Source: a virus. From it: a stretch of DNA of 64,000 bases. The position numbers and the translations under genes are program-made. This document shows positions 18,470 through 27,098 of this stretch, in pieces. Numbering within the stretch: the stretch's first letter is position 1; every line of letters begins with the position of its first letter. The stretch is taken from the IMG/VR virus record IMGVR_UViG_3300005537_000023, positions 9,233 through 73,232 of that record; one strand, 5' to 3'. A model generated the notes under the pieces. The model saw nothing but the letters and a program-made list of their open reading frames with translations, was not told the DNA's origin and made no database searches.

Positions 18470-18892
18470 ATGGAAACCATGTTCGCCATCCTTCTCCGCC
18501 TCGCTTCCATGGCCCCCGCCCACATCGCGCCGCAGACGGTGCCCGGCCTCATGTCCGATCTCGTCACCGCCACCGCCGACATGAGCGGCACCGTGGAAGA
18601 GATGGCACTCGCAGCTACCTTCGCGACGTGCGAGGGCGGCGGCCTGCAACACGTCATCGGCGACGGCGGCGCGGCGGTGGGCACGACGCAGCTTCACGAG
18701 GAGCACTGGCACGGCTACTCGCGCGCGGATGTCCTCGGCAGCCGCGTCCTCCAGATCGAGCTTTGGATCCTGAGCCTGCGCGAAGCCACGGAGCGGTACG
18801 GCTCGACGGAGAAGGCGTTGCGCGCGATTGCCAGCGGATCGCCCAACGGTGCGAAGGCGTTGGTGCGGCGCCGGATGGCGGGGAAGTGCTGA
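18470..18892 (+). CDS. Hypothetical protein, possibly lysozyme-like fold
   Basis: CEGG...IGDGGAAVGTTQLH resembles SLT E...G..Q motifs. Confidence 0.5.
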   Translation: METMFAILLRLASMAPAHIAPQTVPGLMSDLVTATADMSGTVEEMALAATFATCEGGGLQHVIGDGGAAVGTTQLHEEHWHGYSRADVLGSRVLQIELWILSLREATERYGSTEKALRAIASGSPNGAKALVRRRMAGKC

Positions 18893-18995
18893 AAAGCGTA
18901 AGGAAGAAGAGCCTACCGGACGCTACCGGACCGCACCTAAGCTTGCCATAGACGACGAGAAGACATTTAGACAGGCGCACCACGCGAGCGATTCA

Positions 18996-19709
18996 ATGCC
19001 CGATGCCTTCTGGAAAGCACTTGGTTGGTTAGGGGCCGGCGGCCTCGCGATCTACTTCTGGAGACGTCTCATGCCCCAAGGCCCCGCCGCCCCCACGTGC
19101 TCGCGCCAGTATCCCGCCTTCAACCACGGCGGCGCACGCGACATGGCCAATGTCAGCCTGATCGTGCTGCACTCCACCGAAGGGCCGTCCGCGCTATCCA
19201 CTGCGCGCTGGTTCGCCACGCCCCTCCCCGTGTCCGAGGGCGGCCCGTACTCCGCGCACGTCGTGGTTGGCGATGATGGCTGCTATCGGTGCGTGGACGA
19301 TGGAGACGTGGCGTGGGCGGCGAGTATCGTGAATCCGTTTTCCCTCAACCTCGAACAGGCCGGGTACGCCGCCTGGACGCGGGACGAGTGGCTTTCCCAC
19401 GACGCCACCCTTCGCGCCGCCGGTGGCCAGGTGGGCGGATGGTCCAGGGAATTCGACATCCCCTTGCGCTTCCTTCGCGCCGCCGATCTCCTCGCCCTTC
19501 AAGCATCCGGCTGGGATAAGGCGCACGGGGGCGTCACGACGCACCACGAAATCAGCCGCGCGTGGCCCGCGTCCAGCACCCACGTGGATCCCGGCGATGG
19601 CTACCCGCTAGACGTACTTTTTTCGTACGCCGGTGGTACAATCACCCCCGGAGCCCCCATCGCTCGCATCTCCGGTTTTCTCCACCTGAACAGAAAGGAC
19701 AACCAATGA
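18996..19709 (+). CDS. N-acetylmuramoyl-L-alanine amidase (Amidase_2) with N-terminal TM helix
   Basis: LIVLHSTEG, SAHVVV, VAWAA...N..SLNLE, TTHHEI, HVDPG. Confidence 0.88.
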   Translation: MPDAFWKALGWLGAGGLAIYFWRRLMPQGPAAPTCSRQYPAFNHGGARDMANVSLIVLHSTEGPSALSTARWFATPLPVSEGGPYSAHVVVGDDGCYRCVDDGDVAWAASIVNPFSLNLEQAGYAAWTRDEWLSHDATLRAAGGQVGGWSREFDIPLRFLRAADLLALQASGWDKAHGGVTTHHEISRAWPASSTHVDPGDGYPLDVLFSYAGGTITPGAPIARISGFLHLNRKDNQ

Positions 19710-19876
19710 CGTACTACGTGATTCTGGATGGTAGTCGGCAGGCGTCGACACATCGTTCGCTCGCAGTCGCGAAAAAAGAAGCGGAAAAATGGGTCCGCAA
19801 AGGGCACAACGCGAGTGTCTATCGCACGGAGCGACCTGGTACGCCTTCGCACTGGATTTGGGATGCGAAGGGGTGA
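19706..19876 (+). CDS. Small hypothetical protein
   Basis: AAAGGA RBS, ATGA coupling. Confidence 0.55.
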   Translation: MTYYVILDGSRQASTHRSLAVAKKEAEKWVRKGHNASVYRTERPGTPSHWIWDAKG

Positions 19877-19901
19877 AAACCGGAGATGCGAGCCCCATCG
19901 C

Positions 19902-20330
19902 ATGAACGCCCCGAAGGAACCCCCGGTGATCGATGCCGTCTTCGTGGACTTGCCCGCCGATCCGCCCAAGCCCCCGCCGGCGGATCAGCGCCCGCCCGAG
20001 GGCTATGGCCGCCGCACGGTTGCCGGCCGTGGCCGCCGCGTGGTTGAGGTGATCGCCGGCACCTTGGAAGACGCCGCCCCCGTTGCCCGCTTGCTTGGCG
20101 CCGACGACGCGGCCGAGGTTGCGGAGAAGGGTGCGGCCGTCGCGCGCGAGGCCCCGCGCTTCGTCGAGGCCGTCGTCCGCGAAAGCGCTCCCCTTCGCAG
20201 CCGCGTTGGCGAATTGCTGGACGTGGCAAAGAAACGGGGCTGGTATCAGGTGCGGGAGCCGAAGCCGGCCGCGAAGGCGCCGCGTAGGCCGGTGGGGCCG
20301 CAGCGGAAGGCGAAGGAGAAGACGCCGTGA
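19902..20330 (+). CDS. Hypothetical basic protein
   Basis: Open frame with GC3 bias. Confidence 0.55.
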   Translation: MNAPKEPPVIDAVFVDLPADPPKPPPADQRPPEGYGRRTVAGRGRRVVEVIAGTLEDAAPVARLLGADDAAEVAEKGAAVAREAPRFVEAVVRESAPLRSRVGELLDVAKKRGWYQVREPKPAAKAPRRPVGPQRKAKEKTP

Positions 20331-20460
20331 GTGCCTACAACATGTGGCGTCAGCTTCTGCTAACTGGCGATTACGAGTCCCGATGCTTCGCCGCGGCCGT
20401 CCTTTCGGCGATGGAGCCGGTGCACTTCCGCCGCGTCCGCGTCACCTACGAGGACGCCAC

Positions 20461-20751
20461 ATGAGCAAGCGCTACGTCTGCGGCGCGTGCGGCGAGGTGG
20501 CCAACTTCGCCGGCGGCAACCATGATCCGACGGACGACGGCGCCTTTCAGAAGGTGATCGACGGGACGGGCTGGCGTGACGTCCTCGCGCAGGCACCAGG
20601 CGTACATATTCACGGCCAGTTCTGCTCCGTCGAATGCGCTGTGGCGTTCGCCAACGTGATGGAGAGGCTTGGCGATCTGCCAGCATTCAGGCGCCGCCGC
20701 GAAGCATCCACTGTCGTCTCATTCACCCCGAGGCACCCGGTGCTGACATGA
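20461..20751 (+). CDS. Small zinc-finger protein, paralog of 15461-15679
   Basis: MSKRYVCGAC...FCSVEC...LGDLPAFRRRR versus MSKAYKCDGC...CCSPEC...LGELDELRRR. Confidence 0.65.
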   Translation: MSKRYVCGACGEVANFAGGNHDPTDDGAFQKVIDGTGWRDVLAQAPGVHIHGQFCSVECAVAFANVMERLGDLPAFRRRREASTVVSFTPRHPVLT

Positions 20752-21098
20752 ATCTCCTCTCTCACCGTGATCCCTTCTACGTCCACACCGCGGCGCACGC
20801 GCACGTGGCCGTTGGCTTCGATCTGCTGTCCGCCAACGCTAGCCGTGACGGCGCCTTCAAGGAATTGCTGCTTCTCGAAAAGCATCTCGCGCAGGAAGGC
20901 TGCCCCGAGTGCTGCAACAAGCACCTCAGCACGGCGATCGCCTACCTCGAAGAGGCGCGCACGCTGGCCGGCGGGGACGATGAGGACACGGAGACGGCGC
21001 GGGAGTTGGAAGCCATGCGCGATCGCCTGCCCACGTCCGGCGGCGAGATTCGACAGATCAGGAAGCGCCTCGCGGTGCGATTGGGGTATGCGGGATGA
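20748..21098 (+). CDS. Helical protein with LLEKHL...CPECCNKH motif
   Basis: Conserved-looking His/CxxC cluster; coupled on both sides. Confidence 0.65.
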   Translation: MNLLSHRDPFYVHTAAHAHVAVGFDLLSANASRDGAFKELLLLEKHLAQEGCPECCNKHLSTAIAYLEEARTLAGGDDEDTETARELEAMRDRLPTSGGEIRQIRKRLAVRLGYAG

Positions 21099-21412
21099 TC
21101 CTCGCCCTCGCCTCCATCCTCTACCTCGCCATCGCCGCCGTGATGGCGTGGGGCCTCTCCGTCTTCCTTGGCAGCCCCGAGGCGCACGATCTCCGCGTGG
21201 CGGCGCGCGCGATGGGCACGTCCGCCTTCCTGCGCATCGCCGTCTACTTCGCCTTCTGCTGTCTCTGCTGGCCCGCAACGATCGTGTGGTTGGCAATGCA
21301 GAAGCAGGTGCGGGACACGATCGTCAATGCGTACCGTAAGGCGCGCGCGGCCAACAAGGCTGAGGCGAAGGTCACGGGCCGCATTGACGCGGAGTTTGAG
21401 GAGGGGCCGTGA
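21095..21412 (+). CDS. Small membrane protein (2 TM)
   Basis: Two hydrophobic helices. Confidence 0.65.
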   Translation: MILALASILYLAIAAVMAWGLSVFLGSPEAHDLRVAARAMGTSAFLRIAVYFAFCCLCWPATIVWLAMQKQVRDTIVNAYRKARAANKAEAKVTGRIDAEFEEGP

Positions 21413-21717
21413 CGGAGTCGGCTTGCCCCTGCGAAACGTCTCATCCGCCCGATCCGCGCTGGGTGGGATGGATCGCGTGGGTGCTCGTCATCGGCTTTTT
21501 CACGTTGCTGACGGTGTCATCGGCTTGGCCGCACTCCCGATTCTTCCGCCCGGCCTACCTCACCTATTTCGTTGCCTTCGCGTACGGACTGCCGATCGTC
21601 AATCGCGGGCGCGGCTGCGATTACCTATCCATCCGCGCGCGCCTCGTCTTCTCGGTCTTCTTCGGCACGCTCATCGTGGGCATCTGCGCCTACGCCATCC
21701 TCACGGAGGCCAAGTGA
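21409..21717 (+). CDS. Small membrane protein (3 TM, holin-like topology)
   Basis: Three hydrophobic helices in 102 aa. Confidence 0.6.
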   Translation: MTESACPCETSHPPDPRWVGWIAWVLVIGFFTLLTVSSAWPHSRFFRPAYLTYFVAFAYGLPIVNRGRGCDYLSIRARLVFSVFFGTLIVGICAYAILTEAK

Positions 21718-22247
21718 TCTTCAACCCCATCACCAACGTCATCGCCGAGGGCGTCGTCTTCGTTGGCCGCCTCGGCGCGCGCAAAGGGATGTACGTCCGC
21801 GCCATCGATCGAGCGAACGAGACAGGCCGGCCGCTCGTCGTCGTCGGCGCACCGTCGGCGGGTTGGGTGACGGGGACGCTGGCGCAGTACGCGTGCGGCC
21901 ATCTTCCGTGCGTGGACTTGCGTGGGTGCGAGGCGTGCGGCGCTGCCCCCGCGGACGTGACGAAGGTGGGGGCGATCCAGGCAAAGGACAACTCCGCGGT
22001 GGTGATGGTGGCGTACGTCCTTGAATACGTGGAGGATCCGAAGGCGGCCGAGGCTGAGATCATGCGCGCGGCCGGGCACCCGTCCAACGTCTTCGTGGCG
22101 TGCGCGGGGATGTCGGGGGTGACGCAGCTTGCAACGAATGCACGCCGCGTCGTCGTGTCCGCACCCCCCAACTCGCCCGATTTCAGGTATCGTGACGTCA
22201 TGCGCCCGAGGCGGACGGTGAAGGTGATGCGGAGGCCGATATGGTGA
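21714..22247 (+). CDS. Degenerate class I SAM-methyltransferase-like protein
   Basis: PLVVVGAP...CVDL...KDNSAVVMVAYVLEYVEDPKAAEAEIMR resembles Rossmann MTase motifs. Confidence 0.5.
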   Translation: MIFNPITNVIAEGVVFVGRLGARKGMYVRAIDRANETGRPLVVVGAPSAGWVTGTLAQYACGHLPCVDLRGCEACGAAPADVTKVGAIQAKDNSAVVMVAYVLEYVEDPKAAEAEIMRAAGHPSNVFVACAGMSGVTQLATNARRVVVSAPPNSPDFRYRDVMRPRRTVKVMRRPIW

Positions 22248-22510
22248 CGCTGATTTCTACTCGCCCACGTCTCTGCGTCCAATCGCCAACGTCGGCGGTG
22301 CGCGTGGGCGCAGTTCGTGTTGGTGCCGATGCCAGCAGCCTCATTGGGGCGCCGATCGAGGCGATCGGCGGGCATAATCACCCCATCGCGGTTGCGCTGG
22401 CCACCGCTGGCGGAGTTGTCATCGGCATGATGAAGTGGGGCGTGATCGGCGGACTGGCTACCGGGGCAGCCGTAAACATCGCCGGACGCGTCGTTGCCCC
22501 AAGGGAATGA
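22241..22510 (+). CDS. RPR/VG-leader small membrane protein
   Basis: MVTLISTRPRLCVQSPTSAVRVGAVRVGA (duplicated VRVGA); TM hairpin. Confidence 0.7.
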   Translation: MVTLISTRPRLCVQSPTSAVRVGAVRVGADASSLIGAPIEAIGGHNHPIAVALATAGGVVIGMMKWGVIGGLATGAAVNIAGRVVAPRE

Positions 22511-22513
22511 GCC

Positions 22514-23287
22514 ATGATCCTCCTCTCCACCCGCGCCCCCGCCCCCGTCCGCCTTGCACGAGACGCGAAGCCGCGCGTGGCCGTGGGCGACATCGTCACT
22601 ACCAACGCGGATGCCCAGCAAGCGGCCGACGCCCTCAACGCCGCCATCAACGCGCTGGACATCGACGCGCACGGCACGCTGACGACGGACCCGGCCGAGG
22701 ACTGGAGTCTCGGGTGCGCGATGGGCTTCGATGACGCCTATCGGCGCGGATGCCGCGGGGACACGGGCGGCGCGAGTCCCGCAGGATCGCCCGCGTACGT
22801 GGCCGCCTACTCCTTTTCCTTCGGCAAGGGCTACGGCTACGACCTGGGGAAGGCCAACCTCACGACGGACCCCACGAAGTCCTGCCCGGACCCGGACCCC
22901 ACGTATGTGAAACTGGATGCCACCACGTGCAGCGCGCAGTACGACGCATGGATCGCCGCACACCCGCAGGCGAAGCCAACACCCGCCGAGGCCTCTTTCT
23001 GGGCGGACTGGAATGATTTCGTTGGCCGGTGGCGATCTGCGTACGGCAAGGCGTACAGCCTCGGCCTCTTCGATTCGGCCGGCACCGCGCTGAAAGACAT
23101 CGCCAACTACTGCGCCACCTATCAACAATTCGTCCAGCAGTACAAGGCGCTGGGCGGCAAGGTTTCGCATCCGTATGCGTGTCCAGCCGCACCCACGGAC
23201 TGGACGGACTGGATTCCGTGGATGATTGCCGTGGCCGGCATCGGCGCCGTCGCGTGGTTGATGTCCAGCGTGAGGGCGATCGTATGA
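22514..23287 (+). CDS. VG-leader protein with C-terminal TM anchor
   Basis: MILLSTRAPAPVRLARDAKPRVAVGD; C-terminal WMIAVAGIGAVAWLM. Confidence 0.7.
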   Translation: MILLSTRAPAPVRLARDAKPRVAVGDIVTTNADAQQAADALNAAINALDIDAHGTLTTDPAEDWSLGCAMGFDDAYRRGCRGDTGGASPAGSPAYVAAYSFSFGKGYGYDLGKANLTTDPTKSCPDPDPTYVKLDATTCSAQYDAWIAAHPQAKPTPAEASFWADWNDFVGRWRSAYGKAYSLGLFDSAGTALKDIANYCATYQQFVQQYKALGGKVSHPYACPAAPTDWTDWIPWMIAVAGIGAVAWLMSSVRAIV

Positions 23288-23439
23288 CGGCGGCCCCCAA
23301 CGGCTTCGGCGGTGGATTCGGCCCGCCCGCGCCTTTCCAGCGTCCTGCCGCCGAGCTATTTTGGGGCCTCGTCATTGCCGGCGTCGTCGCGGCTGGCATG
23401 CTTCTCGGGAATCTGCGCCGGATAGCTGCGTAAAAGTGC

Positions 23440-23469
23440 TTGACGTTGGATATCGCGCCTGATATCCAA
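23440..23469 (+). promoter_or_regulatory. Sigma70-like promoter overlapped by a 9 bp inverted repeat
   Basis: TTGACG 23440-45, 17 nt, TATCCA 23463-68; TTGGATATC-N6-GATATCCAA at 23446-23469. Confidence 0.55.
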
Positions 23470-23475
23470 TGGCGC

Positions 23476-23655
23476 ATGTGGGATGGTTACTTCGACGCTC
23501 TCGACTCGCCATCGATGCCGGGGTCGCTCGTCGAGGCGCAAGCCGAGTACGTGACGGCGAAGGAATGGGATGGATCGGCGCTTTGGATCGGTTTCCTCGG
23601 CGCCGCTGCGCTGACCGCGGTCGGCTTGACGTTGAAGACGAAGGGGCGACGATGA
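23476..23655 (+). CDS. Small membrane protein
   Basis: C-terminal TM helix followed by a basic tail. Confidence 0.55.
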   Translation: MWDGYFDALDSPSMPGSLVEAQAEYVTAKEWDGSALWIGFLGAAALTAVGLTLKTKGRR

Positions 23656-23921
23656 TTACGCGTCGTCCGCGATTGGCCGTGGCAACGGCCCTAGCAGGTT
23701 CGGCGACCAGCGTCGGCGCACTGGACACCGGCGGTGCGGCGCTTGGTGCCGCGCAGGTCGTCGAGGTCGTCGGCGGGCATTCGCATCCGGTTGTGGTGAC
23801 AGGGGCGACGATCCTTGGCGCCGCGTTCGGCTTCCTCAAATTCGGCCCGCTTGGCGGTGTCGCCATCGCGGCCGGGACAAACATCGCCGGTCGGCTTATC
23901 GCCGCTCAGGTGCGAGACTGA
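23652..23921 (+). CDS. RPR/VG-leader small membrane protein, paralog of 22241
   Basis: MITRRPRLAVATALAGSATSVGA; GGHSHP...NIAGR matches GGHNHP...NIAGR. Confidence 0.7.
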   Translation: MITRRPRLAVATALAGSATSVGALDTGGAALGAAQVVEVVGGHSHPVVVTGATILGAAFGFLKFGPLGGVAIAAGTNIAGRLIAAQVRD

Positions 23922-24082
23922 GCCGCGGCGCGCGGGTTACTCGGGGAGCTTGCCGCCAGCGGGTACGCCAACCTTGGAGGCATCCAACATGCTGCCGATG
24001 CCGTTTACGGCTGGACTTGCATCGCGCGCCCCTAGCGCACCCACGTGAGACGGGCCGAGGAAGTTCCACTCCAGGCGCTTGC

Positions 24083-24475
24083 TCATGTGGCGTCCTCGCC
24101 GGGCGTCCCGAGCGTTGCCCGGCGCTCCGCAAGCAGACGACGAGCAAGGGCGGAGACCCAGACGAGACTTGGGCGATCAAGCATCGCCAATCCAACCAAG
24201 GTCTTCGCAACGCCATCGATCCCCGTTCCGCCAAGGGCGGCAAGAATGGTGGCGAGTTCAACTTCCTGCTCGCTACGGCGGTCGGCCGACAGAAGTTCGA
24301 TAGCCAATCTTTGCGCTCGCAAGAGAAGCCGCGGGCCATAGCCGGGATCCATCACTATCCGCCGCCGCAGCGGTGCTGCAGCTCTCCTTGCTTCGCGCTC
24401 GTACCCGTCGACTGTGCTGCTCGTCAGCAGACCAAAGGCGGCGTTTGCGAGCGCCGAGTCGTCGAGTTCAGGCAT
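24083..24475 (-). CDS. Helical hypothetical protein (second gene of inverted cassette)
   Basis: ATG 24475 overlaps the upstream stop. Confidence 0.5.
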   Translation of the reverse strand: MPELDDSALANAAFGLLTSSTVDGYEREARRAAAPLRRRIVMDPGYGPRLLLRAQRLAIELLSADRRSEQEVELATILAALGGTGIDGVAKTLVGLAMLDRPSLVWVSALARRLLAERRATLGTPGEDAT

Positions 24476-24926
24476 TGGGATCAAGCCTCCAATACTCCAC
24501 CACGCCAAAGTGTTCCGGAACGTTATTTGCCGGATGTTCGTACTCGCCCAGCATGCCCCACTTGCTCCACACAAATACGGTCGGAATCAGGTTAGAGTCG
24601 CGCGAGGAAACGCTGGAGACAAGGCCCGTGTGCTCAACCTGACGCGGACCCGTTCTGTAGACGGCGACGTCTCCGATTTTGGGCGACCCCTGCACGGGAG
24701 CATAGCCATCCCTGCGCAGAATGTCGTCAACATCAACCGTTGGTACGCCGCACGGCGGAATGTTGCTACGCCTGCTCGCAAACACGAGGCCGTGGCAGCG
24801 CATGGGTGGTTGAGGTGCAACGTCAGTCGGGGACGGCCAACCCCACATTCGTTGCGCGTAGAATTCTCGGCGCGGCAAGGCTGAGGCCAGGCGTACGCGC
24901 GGCATCGGTAAGGCTGGCCTGGGCAT
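24468..24926 (-). CDS. Papain/NlpC-P60-fold-like protein (DUF7689-like); N-terminus uncertain
   Basis: CHGLVFASRR...DGY...GDVAVY...EHTG...WSKWG. Confidence 0.6.
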   Translation of the reverse strand: MPRPALPMPRVRLASALPRREFYAQRMWGWPSPTDVAPQPPMRCHGLVFASRRSNIPPCGVPTVDVDDILRRDGYAPVQGSPKIGDVAVYRTGPRQVEHTGLVSSVSSRDSNLIPTVFVWSKWGMLGEYEHPANNVPEHFGVVEYWRLDPNA

Positions 24927-24941
24927 GGCAGGGACTAGAGA

Positions 24942-25000
24942 GGCGACGCGCCTACCCGCGTCGCCGTTTGCTTGTCAAGCGCGCTCGCTTGGGGCACTAT
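24942..25000. promoter_or_regulatory. Hairpin and overlapping divergent promoter-like elements
   Basis: GGCGACGCG 24942-50 pairs with CGCGTCGCC 24957-65; TTGTCA-N17-CACTAT 24972-25000; TTGACA on the minus strand at 24973-78. Confidence 0.4.
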
Positions 25001-26156
25001 GTGGGGCGTGAACGACCCTGCCCGCCCCGGCAGTCCGCCGGCCCCGTTCGGCTTTCAACGTCCTGCCATGGACAGGCCGGCGCCGCCGCCGCCGGATCTC
25101 CTCGCGTCGGCGCGCACGTGGAAGCGTGGCCGTATCTTCAACAGGGACGGCACGGGCAAGCTGTTGCCATGGGTGGCGGTCGAGGTTCGAGATTGCGACA
25201 ACGGCCTCACGATCCACCAAGTGGATGACCTCGGCGACCAAACGGACGCCGAAACGCTGGCCGGCGAAATTTGGGGCCGAATCAACCAGTCCGTCAGGTC
25301 AAGGAACGACGGGATCAGCCATCATTACCTCGTCGAGTGCGTCTTTGCTGATCTAGAAGGTCGCGTCACCAAACTATCGTGGGAAGGCAGTTTGATGCTT
25401 CCTGTCGAAAGTCAGGTTTGGGGATCTGGGCCAATGAGCCGACTCGGCCACGCCAGTTTCTTGGCAAAGCGCGATTTTCAGGAAGCGTCTCGCGAGCGCG
25501 ATCGCATCGAGTTGATGGGCGTGGGCCTCGCCATGATGCAGTCGGCGCAAGGGGCCATGCTCACGATGCACCAGGAATCGCGCGCGGAGTTGGACTCGCT
25601 TCGCGGCGAGCGCGTGCAATTCCTCAACATGTGGAAGAGCATGATGGAGGACAAGCGCAAGCAGGATCGAGAGGACGCGTGGGACGAGAGGAAATTCGCG
25701 CTCCTCAACCAACTCGTGGGCCGCCTTGGACACCTCGCGGCGCCGCTCGGCATGTCCGTCACCAAGTGGCTTGGCCACAAGCTGGGCATGATTCAGCCGC
25801 GGACGCCGCGCGAGGAGAAGTCGTTCGCCACCCTCCGCCGCCTCGTGGAATGCGCGCAGGGCAAGATCAAAGAGAAGGCCGTTGCCGCTGGCCAGGCGAT
25901 GGGCCTGTCGCTCGCGCAAGCCGTCGAGCAGTCCAAGATGATCGCGGACGATCCAGCCGCGTTGATGAATGCGCTCGCGGACATGGGCGTGGCGGAGGAC
26001 GATCCAGTCATTGACGATCTCATGGATCTCCTCATGGAGATGCGCATGGAGATGTCGAGCGAGAAGAGCGCGCGCCTCGCTGCACGCGAATCAATGTTGA
26101 ATTCTGAGCCCACCGTCGAAACGCCGGCCCCCACGCCGGAGAAGGAGGATCCGTAA
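24999..26156 (+). CDS. Hypothetical protein with Met-rich helical/coiled-coil C-terminal half; start uncertain
   Basis: Long ORF, GC3 bias. Confidence 0.65.
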   Translation: MWGVNDPARPGSPPAPFGFQRPAMDRPAPPPPDLLASARTWKRGRIFNRDGTGKLLPWVAVEVRDCDNGLTIHQVDDLGDQTDAETLAGEIWGRINQSVRSRNDGISHHYLVECVFADLEGRVTKLSWEGSLMLPVESQVWGSGPMSRLGHASFLAKRDFQEASRERDRIELMGVGLAMMQSAQGAMLTMHQESRAELDSLRGERVQFLNMWKSMMEDKRKQDREDAWDERKFALLNQLVGRLGHLAAPLGMSVTKWLGHKLGMIQPRTPREEKSFATLRRLVECAQGKIKEKAVAAGQAMGLSLAQAVEQSKMIADDPAALMNALADMGVAEDDPVIDDLMDLLMEMRMEMSSEKSARLAARESMLNSEPTVETPAPTPEKEDP

Positions 26157-26310
26157 TGGCTGGCCGTCGAGTCACCGTCCGTCTGAGTCCCGAGCAGCGC
26201 GCCGAAGCGAAGTGGCTGCGCGAAAACGGTTACATGGTTTTCGTGGACAACTCGGGCAACATCCAAGCAGCACCGCGCGCGAAGGGCGGACGGAAGCGGG
26301 GGAAGCGGTA

Positions 26311-26654
26311 ATGTGCCGCCACGTCGAATCGTCGCACGTGATGCCCGGCTGGATGTGCTGCGCGTGCCGCGGGTACAACGGCATGCAACGGCTCGCTTGC
26401 AAGGACTGCGGACGCACGCGCTGTCTGCCGCTGGGAAAGGCGGCGCCGTGATGGTCCCGCGCCCCAACTTCACCTGCCCCATCTGCGGCTCGCACTGCTT
26501 CGGCAGCAGCGACAACGGCGACGGCACGCGCACGTACAACTGCCAGGAAGGGCCGCGTGGGCCTTGCCTTTTCAGCGTGCATGAGAAGTCCGCGGCGCGG
26601 TACGGGATCGTCAGCCCTCCGCAGCAAGTCGTCCGCTCGGGAAGAGTCGCGTAG
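26311..26654 (+). CDS. Two tiny zinc-ribbon proteins (26311-26451 and 26451-26654)
   Basis: WMCCACRGYN...CKDC and FTCPICGSH...YNC...C motifs. Confidence 0.5.
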
Positions 26655-26663
26655 GGTTGCGCC

Positions 26664-27098
26664 GTGGCCCACAAGCACCGCTGCATCCATCGCAAGCCCG
26701 CACGTCCGAAGCTGGAGACGTGGGATTCGGCGCGCGCAGCGATTGAAGCCAACACGGCCGCGATGGGCGGCTGGCTCATGGCGCAGGCGTACTACGCCAA
26801 GTCGTTCACGCCCGAGGCGCGCGCCAAGCTCCTCAAGATCGCGCAGGACGGCGTTGACCAACTGCCGGACGTGTTGAAGCCGCTGGCGCGCGGCTTCCGC
26901 GATGGCCTGCTGGCTCAGCAGATGTACGCAATGGGCGAGAAGTTTGCAGCGCAGTCCAAGGCAAAGGGAAACGCCGGCGTACCGGCAAACGCGCCGCCTG
27001 CGTCCGGCCCCACACGGACGACGTACGCCGATGCAGCGCCGCACACTCAGGAAGACGATGGGCCGATGTTCGCGCCCATCGGAGGCAAGGACGAATGA
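26664..27098 (+). CDS. Hypothetical protein
   Basis: GC3-biased ORF, ATGA-coupled to the next gene. Confidence 0.55.
   Translation: MAHKHRCIHRKPARPKLETWDSARAAIEANTAAMGGWLMAQAYYAKSFTPEARAKLLKIAQDGVDQLPDVLKPLARGFRDGLLAQQMYAMGEKFAAQSKAKGNAGVPANAPPASGPTRTTYADAAPHTQEDDGPMFAPIGGKDE

Noticed and set aside
12872-23720. RPR/VG leaders as Sec/Tat signals or double-glycine bacteriocin leaders
   Set aside because: No hydrophobic h-region or twin-Arg consensus, no acidic LSxxEL helix, and no C39-ABC transporter in the window
24795-24870. Possible second micro-inversion in the N-terminus of 24468-24926
   Set aside because: The plus strand gives a plausible peptide, but I could not define junctions that restore a convincing motif
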